Below the pieces are notes generated by a model. It saw nothing but the letters and a program-made list of their open reading frames with translations, was not told where the DNA came from and searched no databases. Below are positions 8,171 through 18,226 of a stretch of DNA of 64,000 bases, piece by piece. Location of the stretch: the NCBI GenBank assembly GCA_900318535.1, contig ONKU01000019.1, positions 472-64,471 on the forward strand, written 5' to 3'. A program made the position numbers and the translations under genes. Numbering within the stretch: the first letter of the stretch is position 1; each line of letters starts with the position of its first letter. This DNA is from an uncultured Prevotellaceae bacterium. GTDB taxonomy: Bacteria; Bacteroidota; Bacteroidia; Bacteroidales; Muribaculaceae.

Positions 8171-10330
8171 ATGAAGGTTTACAAAACAAACGAGATCAAG
8201 AACATCTCTCTCGTCGGTGGCAAGGGCGCTGGTAAGACCACTCTCACCGAGTCTATCCTCCTTGAGGGCGGCGCAATCAGCCGCAGGGGCACCGTCGATG
8301 GCGGCAACACCGTGAGCGACAACACCCCCGTTGAGAAAGAGTATGGTTACTCTGTTTCCTCTACCGTTTTCTTCGCCGAGAAGAACGGCAAGAAGCTCAA
8401 CTTCTTTGACTGCCCGGGTAGTGACGACTTCGTGGGCAATGCCGTGACCGCACTGAGCGTGACCGACACGGCTGCCCTGGTCGTTGATGGCCGCAATGGC
8501 GTTGAGGTAGGTACACAAAACAACTTCCGCACCGTTGAGCGCCTTGGCAAGCCCCTGATGTTTGTCATCAACCGCCTCGAGGACGAGAAGTGCGACTTTG
8601 ACAACGTATATAACCAGCTGCGTGAGACCTACGGCAACAAGGTTGTTGCCCTCCAGTTCCCCGTGAACGCAGGTCCCGGCTTCAATAGCGTGGTTGACGT
8701 GCTGGCCATGAAGCAGTACACCTGGCCCAAGGACGGCGGCAAGGCTACCGTTAGCGACATTGACGGCGCACACGCCGACAAGGCCGAGGAGTACCGCATG
8801 GCACTGCTCGAGCTCGCTGCTGAGAACGACGAGGAGCTGATGATGAAGTTCCTCGACGAGATGAACCTGACCGAGGAAGAGACCATCAAGGGTATCCGCC
8901 TGGGTATGGTGGACCGCAGTATCTTCCCCATCGTGCTCGTGAGCGCTGAGAAGAACATCGGCACCGACCGCATGCTCGAGATCATGAGCATCATCGTTCC
9001 CGACGTGACCGAGATGCCCGCTCCCAAGAACACCAACGGCGACGAGGTTCCCGCTGACGAGAACGGCCCCGTGAGCGTCTTCTTCTTCAAGACCTCGGTA
9101 GAGAGCCACATCGGTGAGGTTTCCTACTTCAAGGTTATGAGCGGTGTCCTCAAGGCTGGCGCCGACCTGACCAACATGAACCGTGGCAGCAAGGAGCGCC
9201 TGGCTCAGATCAACGTCGTTTGCGGACAGAACAAGACCGCTATCGACGAGATCCACGCCGGTGACATCGGTGCTGCTGTGAAACTGAAAGACGTGCGCTG
9301 CGGCAACACCCTCAACGAGAAGGGCTGCGAGCACATCTTTGACTTCATCCCCTATCCCGCTCCCAAGTATCAGCGTGCCATCCGCGCCCTGAACGAGAGC
9401 GAGACCGAGAAGCTGGGTGCCGTCCTCAACCGCATGCACGAGGAGGATCCCACGCTGTTGATCGAGCAGAGCAAGGAGTTGCGCCAGACCATCGTTTCAG
9501 GTCAGGGCGAATTCCACCTGCGCACCCTCAAGTGGAACATCGAGAACAACGACAAGATCCAGATCGAGTATCAGGAGCCCCGCATCCCCTACCGCGAGAC
9601 CATTACCAAGGCTGCCCGTGCCGACTATCGTCACAAGAAGCAGTCTGGTGGTAGCGGCCAGTTCGGTGAGGTTCACCTGATTGTGGAGCCCTACCGCGAG
9701 GGCATGCCCGAACCCGACACCTACAAGTTCGGCAACCAGGAGTACAAGATGAACATCAAGGACAAGCAGGAAATCCCCATGGAATGGGGCGGTATGCTGG
9801 TTGTCTATAACTGTATCGTTGGTGGTGCCATCGATGCACGCTTCATCCCCGCCATCGTCAAGGGTATCATGGACCGCATGGAACAGGGCCCGTTGACCGG
9901 TAGCTACGCACGCGACGTGCGCGTATGCATCTACGATGGTAAGATGCACCCGGTAGACAGTAACGAAATCTCCTTCCGTCTGGCAGCCCGCAACGCCTTC
10001 TCCACCGCATTCCGCGATGCTAACCCCAAGGTGTTGGAGCCCGTCTATGACGTTGAGATCCTGTTGCCCGGCGACTGCATGGGTGGTGTTCAGAGCGACC
10101 TGCAGGGCCGCCGCGGCATCATGATGGACATGTCGAGCGCCAATGGTATGGAGCGCGTTAAGGCCCGCATCCCCTTGAAGGAGATGTCGAGCTACAGCAC
10201 CGCCCTGAGCTCCATCTCGGGTGGCCGCGCTTCGTTCAACATGAAGTTCTCGAGCTACGAGCTCGTGCCCGCCGACGTGCAGGCTCAGCTGCTCAAGGAG
10301 TACGAGGAGAGCAAGCAGGACGAGGATTAA
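8171..10330 (+). CDS. fusA2: Elongation factor G paralog EF-G2
   Basis: EF-G architecture (YRETI, DYRHKKQSGGSGQFG, LEPVY) with a degenerate G domain (DCPGSDDF, NRLE) and a domain IV insertion; hemW-fusA2-rprXY synteny. Confidence 0.9.
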   Translation: MKVYKTNEIKNISLVGGKGAGKTTLTESILLEGGAISRRGTVDGGNTVSDNTPVEKEYGYSVSSTVFFAEKNGKKLNFFDCPGSDDFVGNAVTALSVTDTAALVVDGRNGVEVGTQNNFRTVERLGKPLMFVINRLEDEKCDFDNVYNQLRETYGNKVVALQFPVNAGPGFNSVVDVLAMKQYTWPKDGGKATVSDIDGAHADKAEEYRMALLELAAENDEELMMKFLDEMNLTEEETIKGIRLGMVDRSIFPIVLVSAEKNIGTDRMLEIMSIIVPDVTEMPAPKNTNGDEVPADENGPVSVFFFKTSVESHIGEVSYFKVMSGVLKAGADLTNMNRGSKERLAQINVVCGQNKTAIDEIHAGDIGAAVKLKDVRCGNTLNEKGCEHIFDFIPYPAPKYQRAIRALNESETEKLGAVLNRMHEEDPTLLIEQSKELRQTIVSGQGEFHLRTLKWNIENNDKIQIEYQEPRIPYRETITKAARADYRHKKQSGGSGQFGEVHLIVEPYREGMPEPDTYKFGNQEYKMNIKDKQEIPMEWGGMLVVYNCIVGGAIDARFIPAIVKGIMDRMEQGPLTGSYARDVRVCIYDGKMHPVDSNEISFRLAARNAFSTAFRDANPKVLEPVYDVEILLPGDCMGGVQSDLQGRRGIMMDMSSANGMERVKARIPLKEMSSYSTALSSISGGRASFNMKFSSYELVPADVQAQLLKEYEESKQDED

Positions 10331-10356
10331 TCCCCACCTGTCTGTTACATTATTAT

Positions 10357-10389
10357 ATAATGGGCGACCCCATGGGGCCGCCCATTATT
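10357..10389 (+). terminator. Intrinsic terminator after fusA2
   Basis: ataatgggcg...cgcccattat followed by a T run. Confidence 0.8.
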
Positions 10390-10466
10390 TTGTTGTGCCA
10401 TTTGGCGGGCGATGAGGCGGAATTAACATTTAGCGCTAATTTTTTGCGCAAAAAGTGACAGAAAAT

Positions 10467-10497
10467 TTTGGATTTACACAATAAAGTGTTAATTTTG
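10467..10497 (+). promoter_or_regulatory. Promoter for rprXY
   Basis: TTTG 10467-10470, 19-nt spacer, TAATTTTG 10490-10497. Confidence 0.7.
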
Positions 10498-10543
10498 CCG
10501 TTGATTGTTAAAAACAAGACGCAGAAGTTAAGAGGAACTCATC

Positions 10544-12043
10544 ATGAAGAGGTCAACGATTTGGATATTGACGGTTGTGATGGCGATAGCCCTGCTGGGA
10601 CTGCTCGCCATGCAGATCGTGTATCTGGAGAAGATGGTCGACATGCGCAACAGCCAGTTCAGCGAGACTGTGAAGCGTAGTCTTTACAGCGTGTCCACCA
10701 TGTTGGAACAGAATGAGACAAAATATTTCTTGGACATGGACCTGGCCGAGGCCGAACAGACCTACAAGGGCATCAGCCAGAACAGCTTCAGTTTCACCGA
10801 CCGGCATGAGGCCAACATCGACACGACCCTCAACACCGAGGATCCCGCCAACCTGCGCCCCGCCAACCGCAACACGCTGAAGGATCTGAACGACAGCTAC
10901 CAGCGCAAGCAGGAAATCCTCAGGGGGCAATTCCTGTACCAGAAGAGCCTGCTCTACGAGGTGATTCTTACGATTCTGAACCATTCCAGCGACCGCCCCA
11001 TCCAGGAGCGTGCCGACAGTTTGACCGTAGATAGCTACCTGCGGTCGGAGCTGGAATTTAACGGTCTGTCGCTACCCTTTGAGTTCGCGGTCGTGAACCG
11101 CACCAACGGTGTCGTCTATAAGACCAGCGGCTACTCCCCAATGTCGCAACAAGACGTTTACAGCCTGATGCTTTTCCCCAATGACCCGAAGAGCAAGCAG
11201 AACACGCTGAACGTCATGTTCCCCACCAAGAGCGACTACATCTTCTCGTCGGTGAAGTTCCTGGTGCCCTCGCTGGCATTCACCTTCCTGCTGCTGGGCG
11301 TGTTCCTGTACACCATCACCGTGGCCTTCAGGCAAAAGAAGCTGAGCGAGATCAAGAACGACTTCATCAACAACATGACGCACGAGTTCAAGACGCCCAT
11401 CTCGTCCATCTCGATTGCCGCACAGATGCTGAACGACGACAGCGTGCGCAAGAGTCCCGAGATGCTCAAGCACGTCTCGGGCGTCATCAACGACGAGACC
11501 AAGCGCTTGCGTTTCCAGGTTGAGAAAGTGCTGCAGCTGTCACTGTTCGACCGCAAGAACGCCACCATGCGCCTCGAGGAAGAAGACGCCAACGCCAGCA
11601 TCTACAGCGTCATCAACACGTTCAAACTCAAAGTAGAGAAATACGGCGGCCACATCGAAGCCAACCTCGATGCCGAGGATCCCATCATCAACGTGGACCG
11701 CATGCACTTCACCAACGTGATCTTCAACCTGCTGGACAACGCCGTCAAGTACCGGCGCGACGACGTGCCGCCCGAACTCGTGGTAGCCACCGTCAATCCT
11801 GATGAGGACCACATCCAGATCACCATCCAGGACAACGGCATCGGCATGAAACGCGAAGACCTGAAGAAGATTTTCGAGAAGTTCTACCGCGTCTCGACAG
11901 GCAACCGCCACGACGTGAAGGGCTTTGGCCTGGGACTGGCTTACGTACACAAAATGATTGACCTGTTCGGCGGCAGCATCCGCGCCGAGAGCGAGGTCAA
12001 CCACGGATCGAAATTCATTATCACATTACCACTATACAAATAA
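10544..12043 (+). CDS. rprX: Sensor histidine kinase, RprX-like
   Basis: Two TM helices, H-box NMTHEFKTPI, N-box NLLDNAVKY, DNGIG, GFGLGL. Confidence 0.88.
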   Translation: MKRSTIWILTVVMAIALLGLLAMQIVYLEKMVDMRNSQFSETVKRSLYSVSTMLEQNETKYFLDMDLAEAEQTYKGISQNSFSFTDRHEANIDTTLNTEDPANLRPANRNTLKDLNDSYQRKQEILRGQFLYQKSLLYEVILTILNHSSDRPIQERADSLTVDSYLRSELEFNGLSLPFEFAVVNRTNGVVYKTSGYSPMSQQDVYSLMLFPNDPKSKQNTLNVMFPTKSDYIFSSVKFLVPSLAFTFLLLGVFLYTITVAFRQKKLSEIKNDFINNMTHEFKTPISSISIAAQMLNDDSVRKSPEMLKHVSGVINDETKRLRFQVEKVLQLSLFDRKNATMRLEEEDANASIYSVINTFKLKVEKYGGHIEANLDAEDPIINVDRMHFTNVIFNLLDNAVKYRRDDVPPELVVATVNPDEDHIQITIQDNGIGMKREDLKKIFEKFYRVSTGNRHDVKGFGLGLAYVHKMIDLFGGSIRAESEVNHGSKFIITLPLYK

Positions 12044-12056
12044 AAGGACGACAATT

Positions 12057-12767
12057 ATGGAAGACAAACTGAGAATTCTGTTATGTGAGGACGACGAGAA
12101 CCTGGGAACCCTCACCCGTGAATATCTTGAGGACAAGGGCTTCAAGGCCGAGCTGTTTGCCGACGGCGAGGCAGGTTACAAGGCATTCCTCAAGGGCAAA
12201 TACGACATCTGTCTGCTCGACGTGATGATGCCCAAGAAGGACGGTTACCAGCTGGCACAGGAAATCCGCGCCATCAACAGCGATGTGCCCATCATTTTCC
12301 TCACCGCCAAGGCCCTGAAAGAGGACATCCTCGAGGGCTTCAAGATTGGTGCCGACGACTACATCACCAAGCCCTTCTCGATGGAGGAGCTCGTGATGCG
12401 CATCGAGGCCATCCTGCGCCGCGTCAAGGGCAAGAAGGGCAAAGAAGTCACCGTTTACAAGATCGGCAAATTCACCTTCGACACCCAGCGCCAGGTACTG
12501 TTCACCGACGACAAGAGTGACAACCTCACCACCAAGGAGAGCGAGCTGCTGAGCCTGCTGTGCGCCCACATGAACGAGATTCTGGAGCGCAACTTCGCCC
12601 TGAAGACCATCTGGATCGATGACAACTACTTCAATGCACGCTCGATGGACGTTTACATCACCAAGCTGCGCAAGAAACTCAAAGATGACCCCACTATCGA
12701 GATCATCAACATCCACGGCAAGGGCTACAAGCTCATCGCCCCCGAGGTGAATCCCGAGGAGAATTGA
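12057..12767 (+). CDS. rprY: OmpR-family response regulator, RprY-like
   Basis: CEDDENL, LLDVMMP, FLTAK, winged helix RSMDVYITKLRKKL; true start MEDK at 12057. Confidence 0.9.
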   Translation: MEDKLRILLCEDDENLGTLTREYLEDKGFKAELFADGEAGYKAFLKGKYDICLLDVMMPKKDGYQLAQEIRAINSDVPIIFLTAKALKEDILEGFKIGADDYITKPFSMEELVMRIEAILRRVKGKKGKEVTVYKIGKFTFDTQRQVLFTDDKSDNLTTKESELLSLLCAHMNEILERNFALKTIWIDDNYFNARSMDVYITKLRKKLKDDPTIEIINIHGKGYKLIAPEVNPEEN

Positions 12768-12784
12768 CATTCTTTCCACTTTCA

Positions 12785-12816
12785 ACAAGTTTCGCCCGAA
12801 AGGGCGATTCTTGTTA
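12785..12816 (+). terminator. Hairpin/terminator after rprY
   Basis: aacaagtttcgccc GAAA gggcgattcttgtt. Confidence 0.6.
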
Positions 12817-12944
12817 TGTGGGCGCCATGTTTGTCCTAAATTGCGTTAAATGTGTGCCAATCGCACACCCACCCCACCTCGGCATTTGCGCCATTATCAG
12901 GATTTTCTTACTTTTGCATCACCAAAAACAGTGATTGACAAACT

Positions 12945-13685
12945 ATGGTTTATATCTATCGCATATACCAGTGGTGCATTGCATCACCCATCATGCTGGT
13001 TTACAGCATCATCACCGCACTCATCACCATTGTTGGCTGTCTTTTCAACCAGGACTATTGGGGTTACTTCCCCGCCAAGTGGTGGGCACGCGTGTGGTGC
13101 TGGATTCATTTGGTACGCATCAAGGTAGTGGGGCGCGAGCTCATTGACCACGAGACGAGCTACGTGTTTGTCGCCAACCATCAGGGTGCCTATGACATCT
13201 TTTCCATCTACGGTTTCCTGGGACACAACTTCAAGTGGATGATGCGCAAGGGCATCACCAACATCCCCATCATCGGCACCGCTTGCCGCATGGCAGGCCA
13301 CATTCTGGTGGACACCCACACGGCTCAAGGCCTGCGCGACACCATGGCCGCTGCCAAGAAGAAACTGCATGGAGGCATGTCGATTGTCGTCTTTCCCGAG
13401 GGTCGCCGCACCGACACCGGCCTGATGGGCCCGTTCAAGAACGGCGCGTTCAAGCTGGCATTGGAATTTGGCCTGCCCGTAGTGCCCATCACCATCGACG
13501 GCAGCTACAAGGTCATGCCCCGCAGCACCTTCAACGTCACCCCGGGCACCATCACTCTCACCTTCCATGAGCCCATCCAGCACCAGGGCGGCAACGACAT
13601 TGCCCAGGTGAGCCACCAGTGCCGCGAAATCATCCAGCAGGACCTGCCCCCCGACATGCGCGACCCAGCACCAGCCGCCCAATAG
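12945..13685 (+). CDS. plsC: 1-acyl-sn-glycerol-3-phosphate acyltransferase
   Basis: NHQGAYD (HxxxxD) and FPEGRRT motifs. Confidence 0.85.
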   Translation: MVYIYRIYQWCIASPIMLVYSIITALITIVGCLFNQDYWGYFPAKWWARVWCWIHLVRIKVVGRELIDHETSYVFVANHQGAYDIFSIYGFLGHNFKWMMRKGITNIPIIGTACRMAGHILVDTHTAQGLRDTMAAAKKKLHGGMSIVVFPEGRRTDTGLMGPFKNGAFKLALEFGLPVVPITIDGSYKVMPRSTFNVTPGTITLTFHEPIQHQGGNDIAQVSHQCREIIQQDLPPDMRDPAPAAQ

Positions 13686-13758
13686 CCCCCTCCCGTCCCG
13701 TATGTTGCGTTGCCAGCGCAACAAAAAAATCAGAATCAAAAACACCCATCATCAAATA

Positions 13759-13806
13759 AAGATGGACCCCAAAAGTCTGTTCAAAGAGACTTCTGGGGTC
13801 CATCTT
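13759..13806. terminator. Long hairpin between convergent genes
   Basis: aagatggacccc aaaagtct...agacttct ggggtccatctt. Confidence 0.6.
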
Positions 13807-13858
13807 GTTCTTGATTCGATTACCGGAGAACGCCTTCGCTAGCGTCAGCAATAGACGG

Positions 13859-14599
13859 CTAAATAATCATGTCATTCTTGACGGTCTGCTCAAGTTCCGA
13901 AGCAATTCTTTTCCACTCCTTGGAATTGATATAGTCCATGATGATGTGGGCGTGCTTGACATTGTGCATGTCACTGCCCAGGTAATCAATCATGCCATTG
14001 CGCACAAACCACAGCGCGCTGTCACGCGCTTCCTCGCCAAAGTAGCCCGTGAACGACAGGATATTGACCTGGAAACGGGCGCCGGCATTGTGCAGCTGCT
14101 CGTAGCGTTTGCGGCGACGGGAGTAGTAGGTATAGCGCTCGGGGTGGGCCAAGATGGTCCTGTAACCCTTGACCTGCATGTCGAACAGCAGGTCGTCAAG
14201 GTTCATGAGTTCCTGTTGGAAAGAGTTCTCAAGCAAGATGTGGTTTCCCGGCATGGGGATCAAGTGATCGGCTGCATACTCCTTGTCAAAATACTCATCC
14301 ATGCGGTACTCGGCACTCAGGTACAGCTCCATGTCAATACCTGCATCGGTAACCGCATCCTTGAGCTTCATGAACGCGTCCGTGAGCGTCTCACGTGTGT
14401 TCTCAAACGTTACCGCCGTCACATGCGACGTGAGGATGACGCGGTGGATGCCCATCTCGGCCTCAGCCTTAAGCATCTCCAACGACTGCTCAACCGACTG
14501 TGAACCATGGTCCACGCCCGGCAGGATGTGGCAATGCACATCGGTATTATAGAAGAGTTTAACCTGCTCTTTCTTGCTCTTGAAGAGTTTGCCAAACAT
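13859..14599 (-). CDS. CpsB/CapC family PHP tyrosine-protein phosphatase
   Basis: DVHCHILPGVDHG, TSH, LAHPERY, GSDMH; start MFGK at 14599. Confidence 0.85.
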   Translation of the reverse strand: MFGKLFKSKKEQVKLFYNTDVHCHILPGVDHGSQSVEQSLEMLKAEAEMGIHRVILTSHVTAVTFENTRETLTDAFMKLKDAVTDAGIDMELYLSAEYRMDEYFDKEYAADHLIPMPGNHILLENSFQQELMNLDDLLFDMQVKGYRTILAHPERYTYYSRRRKRYEQLHNAGARFQVNILSFTGYFGEEARDSALWFVRNGMIDYLGSDMHNVKHAHIIMDYINSKEWKRIASELEQTVKNDMII

Positions 14600-14865
14600 A
14601 ATTATTAAATTATCTACTACAAAACAGCCTGCAAAATTAGTCCTTTTTTTGTAATCCTGCAAGTTAATTCTGTTTTTCTTATTGACAACTTGTTACCATC
14701 TTGTCGTGGCCCTCAGTTCCCGTCACGCTCCAAAAAGGTAAAAAATCATAACCGGGAGTCGAAAAAAATGCCATGTCGCTTTGATAATAAATAATATTAT
14801 TACCTTTGCCCGCAACGAGCATCATGTAACAGATTATTCAACAATAACCTCAATTCACTTCAGCA

Positions 14866-16212
14866 ATGAAAATCATCATCGTAGGGGCCGGAGCCATCGG
14901 AGCTCATTTGGCCGACCTGTTCTCCAAAATCAAGCAGGACATCGTCATCATTGATGACGACGAGGAAAAGCTGGAGCGCATCCAGGCCGACAGCGACCTG
15001 ATGACCATCCAGGCATCGACCAACACTCCCATCAAGGCCCTGAAAGATGCCGGAGTGAAGCACGCCGACCTGTTCATTGCGGTCACGCGTGACGAGAATC
15101 TGAACCTGAGCCTGTGCGTGCTGGCCCGTTCAATGGGCGCGCGGCAGACGGTGGCCAAGGTGGAGAATGCCGAGTTTACCGACCCCCAGATTACCGAAGC
15201 CTTCAAGGCGGCAGGCATCTCATCCATCATCGACCCCGACAACCTGGCGGCGCTTGACATTGTCAATGGCATGAAGCTGACATGGGCCCGGCAACGGTGG
15301 GACGTGCACGGCGGCCTGCTCACGCTGCTGGGCATCAAGGTGAGGGAATCGTGCAAAATCCTCGGCCAGCCGTTCAAGGAAATCTTCAAGCCCGATTCAC
15401 CCTACCATGTGGTCGCCATCAAGCGCGGCCAGTCAACCATCATGCCATCGGGCGACGACATGCTCATGCCAGGCGATTTTGTCTATTTCATGACCACCAG
15501 GGAATATGTTCCCAACATGAGGGTGATCATGGGAAAGGAAAACTACCCAGACGTGAAAAACGTCTTTATCGTCGGTGGCGGCAAGACGGCCGTCAGGGTC
15601 GTCAACATGCTGCCGAACGACATGAAGGCCAAAATCTTTGAAAACGACCCGCGGCGCTGCGAAGAACTTATCGACCTGGTAGACACCAGCCACGTGATGA
15701 TCATCAATGCCGACGGCCGCTCGGTGGCCAACCTGATGGAGGAGAACATCAAGTCGGCACATGCGTTTGTCGCCCTCACCGGCAATGCCGAGGCCAACAT
15801 CCTGGCATGCCTCACTGCCAAGCAGTTGGGGGTGCGCAAGACCATCGCCATGATCGAGAACATGGACTATATGGACATTGCCGGCAATGTGGACATCGGG
15901 ACCATCATCAACAAGCAGGCATTGACCGCCAGTCACATCTATCAGCTGCTGCTCAACGGCGATGTGCGCAACATGCGCAACCTGATGACCGTCAATGCCG
16001 ACGTGGCCGAGTTCACCGCCCGCCCCGGCTCGCGCATCACACGCAAAAAGGTTCGAGACCTGGATTTCCCGCGCGAGGCCGAATTGGGCGGATTGGTGCG
16101 TGACGGAAAGGGCATTCTTGTCAATGGCGAGACACAGATCCAACCTGGCGACATCGTTGTGGTCTTCTGCCACGGCACTGAGATCAGCCGCATCGAGAAA
16201 TTTTTCATCTAA
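14866..16212 (+). CDS. trkA: Trk system potassium uptake NAD-binding subunit
   Basis: Two RCK domains (IIIVGAGAIG, IVGGGKTA) plus C-terminal RCK_C; promoter TACCTTTG 14801-14808. Confidence 0.93.
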   Translation: MKIIIVGAGAIGAHLADLFSKIKQDIVIIDDDEEKLERIQADSDLMTIQASTNTPIKALKDAGVKHADLFIAVTRDENLNLSLCVLARSMGARQTVAKVENAEFTDPQITEAFKAAGISSIIDPDNLAALDIVNGMKLTWARQRWDVHGGLLTLLGIKVRESCKILGQPFKEIFKPDSPYHVVAIKRGQSTIMPSGDDMLMPGDFVYFMTTREYVPNMRVIMGKENYPDVKNVFIVGGGKTAVRVVNMLPNDMKAKIFENDPRRCEELIDLVDTSHVMIINADGRSVANLMEENIKSAHAFVALTGNAEANILACLTAKQLGVRKTIAMIENMDYMDIAGNVDIGTIINKQALTASHIYQLLLNGDVRNMRNLMTVNADVAEFTARPGSRITRKKVRDLDFPREAELGGLVRDGKGILVNGETQIQPGDIVVVFCHGTEISRIEKFFI

Positions 16213-16223
16213 CCCCATCCACG

Positions 16224-17681
16224 ATGTTCAACAAGCTATTGATTTGCAAGATTCTGGGCACGCTGCTGTGGATTGAGGCCGCCTTCATGTCACTGGGGCT
16301 TATCCTGGCCATTTGCCACATGGAGAGCGACATCGTGGCCTTTGCGGTCACGGTGGGCGTGACGCTGCTGGTAGGCACGGCGTTGAGGCTGACTGGACGC
16401 CACGCGACCAACACGTTGAGCCGCCGCGACGCCTATCTGCTGGTGACCGTCGTGTGGATTGCGTTTGCGCTCTTCGGGATGTTACCGTTCCTCATCGGCG
16501 GATATATCGACCATGTGACCGATGCCTTCTTCGAGACGATGTCGGGCCTGACGACAACCGGGGCAACCGTCATCGATAAGGTCGAAGGCTTGCCCCACGG
16601 CATACTGTTTTGGCGCTCGTTGACGCAATGGATTGGCGGTTTGGGAATCGTGTTCTTCACCATCGCCGTCATCCCGTCGTTTGTGGGCGGCTCCATCAAG
16701 GTATTTGCCGCCGAGGCCACCGGTCCCATCAAGAGCAAGATGCATCCGCGCCTCACCACCACGGCCAAGGCCCTATGGGGAGTTTATATCCTGTTGACGG
16801 CCGTATGTGCCTTTTGCTTCTTCATCTTCGGCATGAGTCCGTTTGACGCTGTGAACTACGCCATGACGGTAACGGCGACAGGCGGCTTTGCCACCCATGA
16901 CGCCAGCACCGGTTACTTCAACAACGCCGCCATCGACTACACCGCGATTGTGTTCATGTTCCTCTCGGGCGTGAGCTTCGCTTTACTCTATGCCAGCCTG
17001 CTGCAGGGCAAAATCAAGCAGTTGTTCAAGAACGCCGAGTTCCGTTTCTACACTGCATTGACGTTGGCGGCCACTGCCGTGATTGTTTATTTCCTGCTGC
17101 GCTACAACCATTACACCTTTAGCGACGCCATCCGTTACGCCCTGTTCCAGGTAGTGTCCTTTGTCACCACAACTGGCATGTTCAACGAGGACGCTGCCCA
17201 GTGGCATCACATCACCTGGGTGGTACTGAGCCTGTGCATGTTCTTTGGCGGATGTGCAGGCAGCACTGCCAGCGGATTCAAGTGCGCACGCGGGGTCATA
17301 GCCCTGAAAATCCTGCGCAACGAGGTTCGCCGCATGGTTCACCCCAAGGCGCTGCTGCCCGTCAAGGTCAACAACACATCGGTCCATTCCCCCAGCCAAA
17401 TCACGCTGCTGGCATTCTTCATTGCCTACATTACCCTGTGTTTCACGGCCTATTTCATCATGATTCTTGCCGGTGTGGACAGCACCAACTCCATCACCAT
17501 CGCCTTGAGCTGCGGCAGCAACGTGGGTCCCACTCTGGGACTGGAAATCGGCCCGACGATGTCATGGAGCATCCTGCCGCCACTGGTGAAATGGATTCTT
17601 TCAGGACTGATGCTCATGGGGCGTCTCGAGATCTTCACCGTGCTGGTCATTTTCTCGCCGTCGTTCTGGAAAAACCATTGA
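16224..17681 (+). CDS. trkH: Trk system potassium uptake membrane protein
   Basis: FETMSGLTTTGA, QWIGGLG, TGGF, TTTG, NVGP, MGRLE pore loops. Confidence 0.93.
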   Translation: MFNKLLICKILGTLLWIEAAFMSLGLILAICHMESDIVAFAVTVGVTLLVGTALRLTGRHATNTLSRRDAYLLVTVVWIAFALFGMLPFLIGGYIDHVTDAFFETMSGLTTTGATVIDKVEGLPHGILFWRSLTQWIGGLGIVFFTIAVIPSFVGGSIKVFAAEATGPIKSKMHPRLTTTAKALWGVYILLTAVCAFCFFIFGMSPFDAVNYAMTVTATGGFATHDASTGYFNNAAIDYTAIVFMFLSGVSFALLYASLLQGKIKQLFKNAEFRFYTALTLAATAVIVYFLLRYNHYTFSDAIRYALFQVVSFVTTTGMFNEDAAQWHHITWVVLSLCMFFGGCAGSTASGFKCARGVIALKILRNEVRRMVHPKALLPVKVNNTSVHSPSQITLLAFFIAYITLCFTAYFIMILAGVDSTNSITIALSCGSNVGPTLGLEIGPTMSWSILPPLVKWILSGLMLMGRLEIFTVLVIFSPSFWKNH

Positions 17682-17814
17682 AAATCAAAAAAAGAGCGAA
17701 AAAATTTTCCCAGTTCAAAAAATCGACGTACCTTTGCACGCCATTACAAAAAAGTGAGGCGTTTACCACCGCCTAAACGTTGTAAGTTTAACAATTTAAA
17801 GATACATCAAGACA

Positions 17815-18069
17815 ATGAAAAAGGATATCCATCCCAGCAACTATCGCGAGGTTGCGTTCAAGGACATGTCTAACGAGGAGGTCTTCATCACCCGCAGCAC
17901 GGTGAACACCAAGGAGACCATCGAGATCGACGGTACCACCTATCCCCTGGTGAAGCTCGAGATCACCAACACGTCGCACCCCTTCTTCACCGGCAAGCAG
18001 AAGCTCGTCGACACCGCAGGTCGCGTGGACAAGTTCATGCAGCGCTACGGCAACCGCAAGAAGAAATAA
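17815..18069 (+). CDS. rpmE2: 50S ribosomal protein L31 type B
   Basis: MKKDIHP...[21 protein letters not shown] with no CxxC; promoter TACCTTTG 17729-17736. Confidence 0.95.
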   Translation: MKKDIHPSNYREVAFKDMSNEEVFITRSTVNTKETIEIDGTTYPLVKLEITNTSHPFFTGKQKLVDTAGRVDKFMQRYGNRKKK

Positions 18070-18083
18070 GACGAAACATCACC

Positions 18084-18101
18084 GCCGTGAGCGCTCACGG
18101 C
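18084..18101. repeat. Perfect 18-bp palindrome
   Basis: gccgtgagc|gctcacggc. Confidence 0.7.
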
Positions 18102-18111
18102 AGGTTCTACA

Positions 18112-18153
18112 AGACACGGCGACGCGCCCTTCCCAATCAAACGGGAGGGCGCG
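18112..18153 (+). repeat. Direct repeat copy 1, a terminator-like hairpin
   Basis: agacacggcgacgcgcccttcccaatcaaacgggagggcgcg; differs from copy 2 by a single-base indel. Confidence 0.9.
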
Positions 18154-18226
18154 TCACTGATATTTACAAGAAAATAACTACCTTTGCGCCATCATTATCA
18201 TATTAACCATCAGTCAAGATATCAAT

